Shown here piece after piece: positions 1-11,200 of a stretch of DNA of 64,000 nt. The notes beneath the pieces were generated by a model. The model saw only the letters and a program-made list of their open reading frames with translations, was not told the origin of the DNA and did no database searches. The position numbers and the translations under genes were made by a program. This DNA is from an uncultured delta proteobacterium (GTDB taxonomy: Bacteria; Desulfobacterota; Binatia; DP-6), in the NCBI GenBank assembly GCA_963815115.1, contig CAWFFN010000005.1:1568001-1632000 (forward strand). The letters are read 5' to 3'. The first letter of the stretch is position 1; the number at the start of each line of letters is the position of its first letter.

Positions 1-46
1 GTGTCGCGGATGACACGGGCACGCAGGTTCCTGGCGTTCGGGGTAC

Positions 47-1729
47 TTGCATGCGATCAAGCAAAGTGAAAGTCCTCTTGGTTTGACGGGGGGAACAGTG
101 GGCATCGAAGAGCAGGCAGGAACGCCGAGGCGAACGCGCCAATCTGCACGTTCCAGAAGAATCGGGGGCTCGCTGGCGGTCCTCGGGATCGACATGGTCG
201 CGTTTTCGCGGTTCCATGAGGACGATCAGCTGCAAGCGATCGCGCATCTCCTGCGCTGGGTTCAGGAAGCCCTCCTCCACTGGGGCATCAAGGAATCCGA
301 ATACCGCTGGAGCGGCGCCGGTGACGGAGGATATCTCACGTTCGGTTCGCCGCGAAGTTGCGAGAAGGCGATCGACGTAGCGTTCTCGATCGCCCAGAAG
401 ATTCGCGAACCGGAATGGACTCCCCGAGCGGGTGAACTTCTGCAGCTGCGCATGGCGCTGCACGCTGGCACCGTTCAGGAGGCCGAGGAACTCGGCCGGG
501 GAACCAACATATGGGGCATGGGCATCAATACGGCTGCCCGCATCCTCACCGTGGCGCTCGAGGCTCAACTACTCGTGTCGCGGCAGTACCACGACACGTA
601 TATCGCAAACCGGCGCCATGGCTTCGAGATCGGAACACCCTATCAACGGACCGTGAAGCACGGTGTCTATGTTGAGGTGATGAACATCAACTACCACGAC
701 CTCTGCCTCAGCAACACGAAGGCGGACGCGTTGCGCTGGCAGGCTGTGGGCGGTCTGTGGGAACGGACGATGCGCGAGTACACCTATCTGGTCGCAGACA
801 CCATGCAGTCGGACGAGCCCGCGGCCGCGCTCGCAGCGGCCAAGTTTCTCCTCCGGCTCGGCAACCACGACGAGGTTGCACGTCTGTGTCAGATGATCGG
901 CGGCGGACCAGGCATCCCCGACGCGACCTATCCCAGGCGACAGCACTCGCTCTTCAGTGCCATGCCGGCGGAGACCCTTCAGGAGGTTCTCGAGCAGGCC
1001 ATGCCCCGGAAGTTCGAACGGGGGCAAGTGATCTGCCGCGAGGGCGAGGTGGCCCATAGCTGCTACGTGCCGATCGCGGGCACGATCGAGATCGAGTTGC
1101 CCGATCACCGTGTCATCCGGAGCGAGAAGGGGCAGCTCTTCGGCGAGTTCGGACTGTGGATCGAAGGGTTGCCGCGAACGGCCACCCTGCGCGCCATCGA
1201 GGGTACCCTGATGCTCGAGATCCACCACGATCGCTTTCGGAGCATCCTCAGAGATCGACCGGAGGTCCTGGCGGTGATCGAGGGGACAATCCGCGGTCGG
1301 ATCCTCGAGAACGTTCGTCGGTCGCCGAGGCTGTTTCCGGCAGTGCCGCCCAGCGCATCGATCCCGGCTTCCGTCGAACGATTCGTGGCGGGCACGGAGG
1401 TGCCCCTGACCGAGAACGCGTTCGTGCTCTTCTGCGGCGCCATGCGCGTGGGCGCCACGCGAGGTCGTCATCTCGACGTGGTCGCCAACGGCACATTCGC
1501 CGACCTGCCGGTAGTTGGGATCGTCTCGGTGGTCGAGTCCCCGGATGGCGATCGTGCCGTTGCTCTCCGGGACACGGTTGCCGTGAGGTTGGCGCGCACG
1601 ACGATCCAGGATCTTCAGACCAACTACCTCGAGGTCCGTCGCGCCTGGGACGGGATGTGTGGCGAGCGCATCGGAGACTTCAGGTGTCCTCCGGCGGCCC
1701 CTGTCGCCGCGCCTCCCCGCGACGAATAG
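47..1729 (+). CDS. Class III nucleotide cyclase fused to cNMP-binding domain(s)
   Basis: Cyclase motifs GIDMVAFS, AGDG, LRMALHAG, WGMGINTAARI. cNMP-binding cassette FGEFGL...PRTATLRA, then a probable degenerate second CNB domain. Start codon uncertain. Confidence 0.85.
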   Translation: MHAIKQSESPLGLTGGTVGIEEQAGTPRRTRQSARSRRIGGSLAVLGIDMVAFSRFHEDDQLQAIAHLLRWVQEALLHWGIKESEYRWSGAGDGGYLTFGSPRSCEKAIDVAFSIAQKIREPEWTPRAGELLQLRMALHAGTVQEAEELGRGTNIWGMGINTAARILTVALEAQLLVSRQYHDTYIANRRHGFEIGTPYQRTVKHGVYVEVMNINYHDLCLSNTKADALRWQAVGGLWERTMREYTYLVADTMQSDEPAAALAAAKFLLRLGNHDEVARLCQMIGGGPGIPDATYPRRQHSLFSAMPAETLQEVLEQAMPRKFERGQVICREGEVAHSCYVPIAGTIEIELPDHRVIRSEKGQLFGEFGLWIEGLPRTATLRAIEGTLMLEIHHDRFRSILRDRPEVLAVIEGTIRGRILENVRRSPRLFPAVPPSASIPASVERFVAGTEVPLTENAFVLFCGAMRVGATRGRHLDVVANGTFADLPVVGIVSVVESPDGDRAVALRDTVAVRLARTTIQDLQTNYLEVRRAWDGMCGERIGDFRCPPAAPVAAPPRDE

Positions 1730-1767
1730 CGCGCGGGGGGGCCGTTTCCCGGCACGTCGATGGAGGA

Positions 1768-2580
1768 TCACCCACCAAGCGCACCCGCGCGGACGCGCCG
1801 GCCCACCAGGCGCGCCACGAGCTGCGCGAGGTGGCGCGCATTCTCGATGGCGTGCCCGTCCACGTCGTTGTTGAAATAGGCGAAGACGGCGACGTGCTCG
1901 GCAAGCCGGCCGGCGATCCAGGCCGCCCAGGGTGCCAGCGCAGCAGCGCTGTAGGAGCCGCCGTAGTGAATCCCGTGGAAGCGTATGTACGTATAGTCGG
2001 TGGTGACGATACGCGGGTGGTCGGAGATCATGTCGTGGATGCAGAGCGCCGCGTCGTGCCGGCGCAGCAGCGCATAGAGCTCGTCCCCGAGCCAGCGCGC
2101 GTCGCGCACCTCGACGACCCAGCGCATGTCGCGCGGCGCCGCCGCGAGGAAGCGATCGAGACGGGGAAGATCGGGCGCCCAGCGTGGCGGCAGCTGCACC
2201 AGGACGGGGCCCAGCTTTTGCCCGAGACGACGAGCCCGCCGCACGAAGCGACCGATCGTCTCGCGCGCGCCCAGGAGACGCTTCATGTGGGTCCCGAACC
2301 GGCTGAACTTCACCGCGAACGTGAACCCTGCCGGGACCTGGGTACGCCAGCGCGCGAACACGGGCGCCTCCGGGAGCCGATAGAAGGTGCCGTTCAGCTC
2401 GACGGTGTCGAAGTGCGCGGCGTAGTAGGAGAGCCAGGATCGTGCCGGCAACCGCACCGGATAGAATCGGCGCTTCCAGCTCGCGTAGACGTATCCGGAT
2501 GTCCCGATGCGCAGCTCTGGCCCCGAACGTCGCGATGTGGAGATCGTGGGCGGCGCCGTTGCTCGACCGGGCGGGAGCAT
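1768..2580 (-). CDS. DUF72 family protein
   Basis: IGTSGY, FDTVELNGTFYRLP, GPVLVQLPP, YIRFHG, YFNND motifs. True start may be slightly downstream. Confidence 0.9.
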   Translation of the reverse strand: MLPPGRATAPPTISTSRRSGPELRIGTSGYVYASWKRRFYPVRLPARSWLSYYAAHFDTVELNGTFYRLPEAPVFARWRTQVPAGFTFAVKFSRFGTHMKRLLGARETIGRFVRRARRLGQKLGPVLVQLPPRWAPDLPRLDRFLAAAPRDMRWVVEVRDARWLGDELYALLRRHDAALCIHDMISDHPRIVTTDYTYIRFHGIHYGGSYSAAALAPWAAWIAGRLAEHVAVFAYFNNDVDGHAIENARHLAQLVARLVGRRVRAGALGG

Positions 2581-2620
2581 CCGTGCCCCAACCTAGCGAG
2601 CCTCCGGGCGGCCCGGAATC

Positions 2621-2905
2621 TCAAATCGCGCGAACGCGCCGGGCGATCTCGCCCTCGTACTCCGGGAAGTAGCGGGCGATCACCGACAGATCGAACGAGC
2701 GCAGGATCGCCTCCTTCGGCTCGCGCTCGAGCAGAAATTCGACCGAGCGGCGAACGAGGTCCTCACGCGCGACTGCACCCGCGAGCCGGCCGGCGTAGGC
2801 GGGATCGACGGTGACCATGTGGGTGGTGCTCGCACGGCCCTCGTGGATCGTCACCCGGAAGCGGTCCCCCTCGACGTGGTTCACCTCGATGCGCGCTGTC
2901 GACAT
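2621..2905 (-). CDS. Small conserved hypothetical protein
   Basis: Coding-like codon use; C-terminal FLLEREPKEAILRSFDLSVIARYFPEYE; co-oriented between the GGDEF and DUF72 genes. Confidence 0.75.
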   Translation of the reverse strand: MSTARIEVNHVEGDRFRVTIHEGRASTTHMVTVDPAYAGRLAGAVAREDLVRRSVEFLLEREPKEAILRSFDLSVIARYFPEYEGEIARRVRAI

Positions 2906-2923
2906 GGCGGCGTCAGGCCAGGG

Positions 2924-4297
2924 TCAGGCCGCGACGCCGACGGCGTTCTTGCCCGCGAACTTGACGCGGTAGAGAGCGCGGTCGGCGGCGCGGAAGAGGT
3001 CGGCTGGATTCGGGGCGTCGTCCGGGAACGTCGCGACTCCGATGCTCGCGGTGAGTATCGAGATGTCGATCTCCATCCCGTCCGGCCGCGTGCAGGCCTC
3101 GATGGCGGCGCGGATACGCTCGGCGACCTCGGCCGCCACGGCGCGGGGCGTCGCCGGCAGGACGACGACGAACTCGTCACCGCCGAAGCGCGCGGCCATG
3201 TCGCCGGGGCGGATGCACTCGGAGATCAACCGCCCGACCGTCGCGATCGCGCGGCTTCCGACGAGATGGCCGTAGCTGTCGACGATGCTCTTGAGCTCGT
3301 CGAGATCGAGCATGAGAAGCGACACCGGACCGCCGTGCCCGAGCGTGGCGGTGAGGACGGCGTTGAAGCGCCGCGTGTTGCCGAGCCCGGTGAGATCGTC
3401 GGTGAGCGACGCGATCTCGACCTGGTGGTAGAGCTGGGCGTGCGCGATGGCGATCGCAGCCTGGCTCGCGAGCGACTCCACGAGTCGGACCTCGTCGGGA
3501 CTGAAGCGAGCCCCGCCGACCTTGTTGATGACCTGGATCACGCCGAGAAGCGCGCCGCGATGGATGAGCGGGATGCAGATCATGGTGCGCGCGACGAGGC
3601 CCGTCCGCCGGCCGAGCGTCGGATCGTGACGCGGATCGGCCGCGACGTCGTCGACGATCACAGTCTCGCGGTGGCTCGCCACCCAGCCGGCAATGCCCTG
3701 CCCCTTGCGCAGCCGGACACCGTCGACGACGCCCGGACGGAGCATGCGCGACGACGAGAACACGAGCTCCCGACCCTCCTCGTCGTGCAGCATGAGGAGG
3801 CTCGTGTGGCTCGGCACGGCGGCTGCGATCCGAGCGAAGGCGGCCTGGAGAGCGTCGGCGTCGTGCGCGATGGTCCCGGGATCGAGCGTCGCCGAGAGCT
3901 CGCCAGCAACCCCTTCGGCGCGCGCGCGATCGGCGTCGTCGAACGGTAGGCCATCCCAACGCTCCCGGAGCTCGAGCAGGCCCAGTGAGCGGTCGTCGCG
4001 CCGCATCGCGACCGCCAGGCGGGCGGGATCGTGGCCTGGGTCGCCCACCGAGGCCGCGGCGGGTCGGCCCACCAGTGTCTGCTCGCAGAGCGTCTCGCTC
4101 GCGGCGAAGACGAGCTCCTCGCGCTCGGGATCGAAGAGGAGGAGCGAGAGTGCCTCGGGAGTCGTCACGCTCTTGATCGCCTCGAGTACCGTGCGAACCA
4201 GCTCGCCCAGGTCGAGGGTCGCGGTCATCGCCCGCAGGCTCGCGTGAAGCTTCTCGAGCTCTCGAAGCCGATCGGCGAGCCCACCATCGCTGGCCAT
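2924..4297 (-). CDS. GAF-sensor diguanylate cyclase
   Basis: TDDLTGLGN and ARFGGDEF with an RxxD I-site (RPGD); GAF motif GQGIAGWVA. Confidence 0.93.
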   Translation of the reverse strand: MASDGGLADRLRELEKLHASLRAMTATLDLGELVRTVLEAIKSVTTPEALSLLLFDPEREELVFAASETLCEQTLVGRPAAASVGDPGHDPARLAVAMRRDDRSLGLLELRERWDGLPFDDADRARAEGVAGELSATLDPGTIAHDADALQAAFARIAAAVPSHTSLLMLHDEEGRELVFSSSRMLRPGVVDGVRLRKGQGIAGWVASHRETVIVDDVAADPRHDPTLGRRTGLVARTMICIPLIHRGALLGVIQVINKVGGARFSPDEVRLVESLASQAAIAIAHAQLYHQVEIASLTDDLTGLGNTRRFNAVLTATLGHGGPVSLLMLDLDELKSIVDSYGHLVGSRAIATVGRLISECIRPGDMAARFGGDEFVVVLPATPRAVAAEVAERIRAAIEACTRPDGMEIDISILTASIGVATFPDDAPNPADLFRAADRALYRVKFAGKNAVGVAA

Positions 4298-5195
4298 GGC
4301 GGGAACCTATAGCCGGGCGCGGGCGGCCTGGCGACACCTGCGGACCGGACCGCGGGGTGGGGCAAACTCCCCATCCTGCGCGATTCCACCCGCGACCATC
4401 GCCGCGCGCGCCGCCTCCGCCTCACCTGCGTGCCGGCACAGCTCTTGGAGCGGTGTTCCGGCCGCGGCCTGCGACGACCACAACGCCTGTACCGTGAACG
4501 ACGGCCTGGTGACGAAGGGTGCCTGCACGTGTGCTCCGAAGGCCGTGAGCTGCGTCCAGGACGCGAACCCCTGCACGGCCGAGGTCTGCAACCCCGCCAC
4601 CGGCACCTGCGACAGCGTGCCGACGAACGAAGCACGGCCCTGCTACGACGCGGCCTCGTGCACCCGGCACAACGGCACGTGCCAGACGGGCGCCTGCACC
4701 GGGGGCGCACCGGTCGCGTGTCCCACGCTCGATCAGTGCCACCAGCCCGGACAGTGCGATCCCGCGACCGGGGCCTGCGTCAACATGCCGATGCCGGACG
4801 GCACGACCTGCGAGGACGGCAACCCCTGCACTGCCGCCGATCGCTGCACGACGGGCTCGTGCGTTCCGGGGACTCCGTACGCCTGCGACGACGCCGATGT
4901 CTGTACGGCCGATGCGTGCGACGGCGCGGGCGGCTGTCGCCACACGCCGATCGACCGCTGCGGAATCTGCTTCCCGGACGACTGCACGACGTGCCAGGCC
5001 GGGTGCACGTGCGCCGACATCTGCTGGCGGTCGCTCATGGCCTGCCTCGATCACTGCACGCTCACGTACTGCGCCCCGTTCTGTGTCCAGAGCTACGGCC
5101 AGTGTGGCGGCGCGAACTGTCCTCAGGTGGAAGCCGCCTGTCGCAGCGGATGCGCGTCGCAGAACGGCTGTGCGGACGACTGCACCTCCCCGTGA
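4296..5195 (+). CDS. Cys-rich repeat protein, probably 5'-truncated
   Basis: Repeats CDDHNACT, CEDGNPCT, CDDADVCT and CNPATGTC/CDPATGAC from about 4470. The N-terminal ~55 codons are not protein-like and there is no signal peptide. Confidence 0.6.
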   Translation: MAGTYSRARAAWRHLRTGPRGGANSPSCAIPPATIAARAASASPACRHSSWSGVPAAACDDHNACTVNDGLVTKGACTCAPKAVSCVQDANPCTAEVCNPATGTCDSVPTNEARPCYDAASCTRHNGTCQTGACTGGAPVACPTLDQCHQPGQCDPATGACVNMPMPDGTTCEDGNPCTAADRCTTGSCVPGTPYACDDADVCTADACDGAGGCRHTPIDRCGICFPDDCTTCQAGCTCADICWRSLMACLDHCTLTYCAPFCVQSYGQCGGANCPQVEAACRSGCASQNGCADDCTSP

Positions 5196-5210
5196 CCCGG
5201 GAGGCTCCCG

Positions 5211-8200
5211 TCAGGGAAACACGATCCGGTGTCCGACGCGCCGGAGCTGGACGGTGCTGGAGGCGCAGCTCCCGCCCACGCGGACCGTGAGCGCGAGGCT
5301 GTTGCCCATGAGCTGCGTGGCGTCGAAGTGCGGGCTCGAGATCGTGATGCCCGCTCCGGTGCGACGCTGACTCAGGCGCGTGTCGATGATCGGCGGACAG
5401 ATCCGCCCCAGCTTGTCCCAGAATCCGAAGGTCTTCTTGAACAGCCGCTGCCAGTGGTTCTGGGCGATCGTGCAGCAGACGGCGGTGTCGGAGCCGTCGG
5501 CGAAGAGGAGCGACACGTCCTGCTGGCGCGGGTCGGCGCTCGAGAAGCCGGCGCCTCCGAGCGTTCCGATGACCCGGAGCCTCGCATCATGGGCATTCCC
5601 GTGCCGCGGAGTGATGCGCACGCTCGTGACGTCGAACGTTCCGGTCTCGGTGCAGCAGTCCGGATCGGCGTGATCGACCAGCCCATCGCCGTCGTCGTCG
5701 ACGCAGTTGTCACAGATCTCGTTGCCGCCGGTCGTCGTGGTGGTGGTCGTCACCGGCGTGCTCGTGGTGCTGGCGACCGTGGTGGTCGTGGCGACGGTGG
5801 TCGTCGTGGGCGCAGGAGTGACGTCGGTGGTGACGCTGCTGGTGTTCTGGTCCGGATTGGGATCCGGGATCGGGCTCGAGATGGTCGCCGTGTTGGTCAC
5901 CGTGCCGCCTCCGGCCACCACGGTATAGGTGACGGTGACGGTGACCTGCGCCCCGGGGCGCAGGCTGCCCAGGTTGCAGGGGAAGCCGCCGGCGCACGGG
6001 TCGCTCACGACGGGCGAGGCCAGACCGGCGGGTGTCGGATCGGTCACGACCACGTCGGTCGCGGTCGACGGTCCGAGATTCCCCGCTACCAGCGTGTAGG
6101 TGACGGTCGTCCCGGATGCCGCGCTGGCCGGTCCCGTCTTTTGAATCTCGAGGTTGGCCTGGAGCGTCACGTTCGTCGTGTCGGTGGCCGTGTTGTTGGC
6201 GCAATTGGGGTCGACGACGAGGGAAGGCGCGCATGTACCCGGGCATGTGGGGGGAGGAGGGGGAACGAGGTCCGAAGGAGGCGGGCACACCGTCGCGGTA
6301 TTGGCGACCGAAGCGGCGACGTCGGGTGAGAGTGTGCCGCTCGCGCTGAACACTGCCGAGCCGCCGGCTGACAGATCGACGAGGGCGTCGATCGTCCCGG
6401 AGCCTTGCGTCGACCGGCAGACGGCGCCCGGAGACGCGACGCAGGTCCATGTGACGGCGGTCAGCTCGATCGGGAACGTGTCGTGCACCGGAGCGCCGAT
6501 GACCGGGCTGGGACCCGCGTTCGCGACCGTGATCGTGTACGTGACCACCTGCCCGGCGAAGGCGGTCTCGAGGCCGTCGGTCTTGGTGATCGAGAGGTCT
6601 GCGACCAGGCCGGCATCCCCGGAAGCGGATGCGGTGTTGTGCGCCGGATCGGGGTCGGGATCCGCAGGCTGCTGCGACGTCTTCGTGGCGGTGTTCACGA
6701 AATGACCGGGCTGGTTGATCGTGCCGGTCAGTATCAGCACGGCCGACTGCGACGGGGCGAGCGATGGCACGGTCCAGACACCAGTGCCGGCGTCGGGGTC
6801 GGGCGTGAACGCCGGCGGCGGCGGGACCGACGAGGTCAAGGTGAACGCGGGCGGCAGGACGTCGTTCACGACGATGTCGGTCGCGGTGTCCGGACCCAGA
6901 TTGTTGAGCGTCACGACGAACGTGACCGACTCGCCGACCGCGGGCATCGAGTTGCTGACCGACTTTGCCACCGACACCGAAGCGGTACCCGCCCCGTTCA
7001 CGACGGCGCGGGCCGCGTCGTTCGCGGGATTGGGATCCGGCTCCGTCTGCGCGGTCTTGCGGGCGTTGTTGAACAACGGGCCGGAGGCGTTGACCTGCGC
7101 GGCGATCGTCAGCGTTGCGGACGCCCCGGCGGCGATGGCGTCGGCCGCCCACTCACCCGTCGCCGGGTCGTAGGTTCCCTGCGAAGGCGTGGCGGACTGG
7201 AAGGCGAGACCCGCCGGCAGGAGGTCGGTGACGACCACGCCGGTGGCGTTGCCCGGCCCGAAGTTGGTCGCCGTCACCGTGAAGGTGACGATGCTGTTGA
7301 CGGCGGGGCTCGGATTGTCGACCGTCTTGAGAAGCCCGACGTCGGCCGGCGGCGTCGTTGGGTTGAGGGTGGCGGTGCCCGAGTCGTTGCTGGTGTTCGG
7401 ATCGGGCTCGTTGCCCGCCGTCTTGGTGGCGACGTTCGTGATGGCGCCCGATTGCGCGACCTGGGCCACCAGCGCGAGCTGGGTACTGGCGCCGTTGGCG
7501 AGCGTGCCCACCGTCCACGTGCCCTGGCTGGCGATATAGGTGCCCTGCGACGGCGAGAAGCTCACGAGGTTGAGCCCCGCGGGCAGGACGTCGGTGATCA
7601 CGACGCCGGTCGCCTGGTTGGGTCCGTTGTTGGTCGCGGTCACGGTGAAGGTCACCGTGTCGCCGACCGTGGCGGTCGCCGGGCTGACGGTCTTGGTCAC
7701 GGCGATGTCGGCCGCGGTGTCGAGCGGGGTCTCGGCGGTCGACGTGTTGTTGGAGGGGTCCGGGTCCGGCGTCGCGCTCGTGACGACCGCCGTATCTACT
7801 ATCGGGTCGGGTGTCACGTAGCTGAGGGGAACGGCGAACGTCACGGTAATGGTACGCGGTACGCGATCCGGAGGAATATCGCCGATGATACACGGGAGCG
7901 TGCTGCATGCGCCGCTCACCGAGACGAAGGTGACGCCGTTCGAGATGGTGTCCGTCACTCCGACTGCGGCCGCGGTCGACGGCCCCAGGTTCGTCACCTC
8001 GAGCGTGTAGACGAGATCGTTCCCCGGCACGATCACGGGCGGTCCGGTCTTCCTGATGGAGAGGTCCGCCATGGGCGTGATCGTGTCGGTGTCGGTGGCC
8101 TCGCTGGGTGTGGGATCCACGACCGTGGGCGGGTTCTGCGCCGTGACGTGATTGACGAGCTGTCCGGTGGCGGCGGGGTCGACCGTGCCCTTCAGGGTGA

Positions 8201-11200
8201 ACGTGACCGATTGCCCGTTCGGCAACGATACCATCGTTGCGATGGCGCCGGTCCCGTTCGGTTGACTGCAGGTCGCGGTGCCGTTCCCGGTGCACGTCCA
8301 GGTGACGCCGGTGAGCGCTCCCGGCGGGTTGTCGGTGACGGTGACGCCGGTCACGTCGCTCGGTCCGTTGTTCGTGACCGTGATGGTGTACGTGGTCTGC
8401 TCGCCCGCCACGACGGTGGTGGTCCCGTTGTCCTTGGTGACCGACAGGTCGGCGATGGGAGCTCCGAGCGACACCGATGCCTGCCCGGAGTTGTTCCCGG
8501 GCACCGGGTCCGGCGTCGGACTCGTCGCCGTCGCCGTATTCACGATGATGTTGGGTCCCGTGTAGTTGGACGGGATGTGGAACGTGATGTTGATGGTCCT
8601 GCTCGCGTTCGGCGCGAGGTCGCCGAGCGCGCACGGCAAGGTGGGGCCACAGACGTCGGTCGAGACGAAGTCGAGACCGGTCACCGGCGGATCGGTCACC
8701 ACCACGTTGCTGGCCGTGGATGGTCCCTGATTCGTGACCAGGAGTGCGAACATCACATCCTGCCCCGGAGCGGCGGTCATCGGCGACGGCGGGACGGTCA
8801 GGCTCTTGGTGAGGATCACATCGGCGGACGGCGCGATCGTGACGGTGTCGGTGGACGTGTTGTTCCCGGGTATCGGATCGGTCGTCCCGGCCGGCGGCGC
8901 CACGGTCGCCGTGTTGGTCAGCGTGCCGGCGGCCGCCGCCGGATCGAGCGTGCCGGTGACGGTGAAGGTGACCACTCCGCCGACCGGCAAGTTGACGGTG
9001 GTCGCGATGTTGCCCGTGCCGCTCGCCACGTCGCAGGTGCCGTTCGCCGCGGTCGTCGCGCAGGTCCAGCTCGGATTCCCGAGCAGGGGAGGGACGGGGA
9101 ACAGATCATTGACCGCGGCGCCGACGACGTTGGTCGGACCCTGGTTGCCGACGGTGATCGTGTACGTGACGTTCGTGCCCGGCGCGATCGAGGTGAGCCC
9201 GCTGCTCTTCGCGATGAACAGGTCGGCAACCCGGCTGGCCGTCACGGTGGCGCTCGCCGAATCCCCCGCCGGGTCGTTCTGAGCCGTTGCGGTCGCCGTG
9301 TTGGTGAGCGAGCCGGTCTGGGTGACCAGCGCCGTGATCGAGAGCGTGGCGGGATTGGCGGGTGGAGAGACCGGCAAATCTCCTGCCGTCCAGAGACCGG
9401 TCGCCGGGTCATAGGTCCCCTGCGACGGCGTCGCGGAGACGAACTGCAGCCCGGCAGGCAAGAGGTCGTTCACCACGGCCGCCAGGGCCGGACTCGGCCC
9501 CAGGTTCCGGAGCGTGACCGTGAACGTGACCTGCTGGTCCACCGCGGGCGTCGGGTCGTCGACCGTCTTGTCGACGTCGAGGTCGGCATTGCTCCTGGGC
9601 GTGATGGTCGCGCTCGCGGAATTGGAGCTGGGATCGATGTCGGGCTGGGCGAGCGTCGTGACGCTGGCCGTGTTGGTGAACGGGGTCAGCCCCGCTTGCA
9701 CGCTGATCTGCAGGGTCTGGGACTGGCCGTTCGGGAGGTTCCCGATCGTCCAGACACCGGAGGTCGCGTCATACGACGTGCCGGGCGAGGGCGTGGCGGA
9801 CAAGAACAGGATGGCCGGGACCAGATCGGTGAGCGTGAGCCCGCTGGCATCGCCAGGCCCCGTGTTGGTCGCGGTGATGGTGAACGTGGCGATCTGGCCA
9901 AGCAGGGGCGTCGGGATGTCGACGGTCTTCGTGACGACGATGTCCACACCCACCGCGATGGTCTGCGACGCGGGCGCCGAGGTGACGCTCCCGCCGGTCG
10001 ACGCCTGGGCGGTCGCGATCGCGGTGTTGGTCAGGAGACCGGTCGTCGGGTTGATGTCGGCGAGGCGGATCACGTACGTGCCCGTGCAGGTGGTCGAGGA
10101 GTTGAACGCGCCGCCCGGCACCAGCGTGGTCGGGGGCGCGCACGTGACCGGAAAACCCTTGTCGTCGGCGACGGTGGGATTGGTCAGCGTGACGGTGCCG
10201 GTGTTGGTCACGTTGTATCGATAGGCGACCGACTTGCCGACGAAGTAGGGTCCCGGGGTGTCGACGAACTTCTGGATCGCCACGCGGGGGGTGGTGCCGA
10301 GGGGGAGCGTCACGGTGGACGGGTTCGACGTTATGAGGTTCGGACCGGGCGCGACCGCGGTCCCCACGGCGGTGTTGACCAGCTGGCCGGCGTCCAGGTC
10401 GGCCTGCGTGATCACGTGCGAGCCCCGACAGACCACGGTCGATGTCGGCGCGGGCGCGGGGTCGATGCGGTCCGTAGGGCACGTGAGGCCGGTGATCTTC
10501 GGATCGGTCAACGCCAGACCCGTCAGCGTCTCGAGGCCCGTGTTGGTGAGCGTGAACTGGTAAGGGATCACGCTGCCGACGACGATCGGATTCGGCAGGG
10601 GATTGGTCAGGTCGATCTGCTTGACGAGATTCAGCTGATTGAGCGCGACGACGGTCTTCACGACGACGTTGCGGATCAGATGGATGTCGGTCGATCCGCC
10701 CGTCGAGCCCGACCAGCCGAACTTGTAGGTCGCCGGTGGATTGGGCGGAGCCGGGATGTCGAGCACCGTGCGCGGTCCCCGGCCGTCGAAGAAGTCGATG
10801 CTGACGGTCACGCGAGGTGACGGGGCAGGCGAGACCATGAGCTGGACGCTCCTGCGTCCCAGAGCCAGGGTCGCGGCCCGGAGCGATCCACCCAGGTTGG
10901 AGACCGGTGGGGTGGTCATCGTGGTCGTGCTGCCGAGCCAGCAGTAGCCCGTGAGGCCGTTCCCGGGGCCGCGCAGCGTGATCACGTCCGGGACGAGCGT
11001 GTTCTGGTTGGGGAGGAAGGGCGGCTTCATCGCGCAGCCGTTCCCGCGGTTCTCGCCGTCGTTGTAGAAGTTCCCGAAAGCGTCGAAGCCGATCCCCAGG
11101 TAGGCTCCCTTGACGCCGGGTTCGCTGAACCGTTGCGCGTAGCCCAGCGAGCCGCCCAGCCCGCCGGTCTCGGTCAGCGTCGTGGCGCCGTCGACCAGGA

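Noticed and set aside
47-1729. Calling the cyclase a Pycsar system
   Set aside because: No TIR or TM effector is visible and the upstream context is outside the window; kept only as a hypothesis.
4356-4376. GGCAAAC hairpin upstream of the diguanylate cyclase as a c-di-GMP-I riboswitch
   Set aside because: Lacks the GNRA tetraloop/receptor and second stem, and lies on the opposite strand to the DGC transcript.
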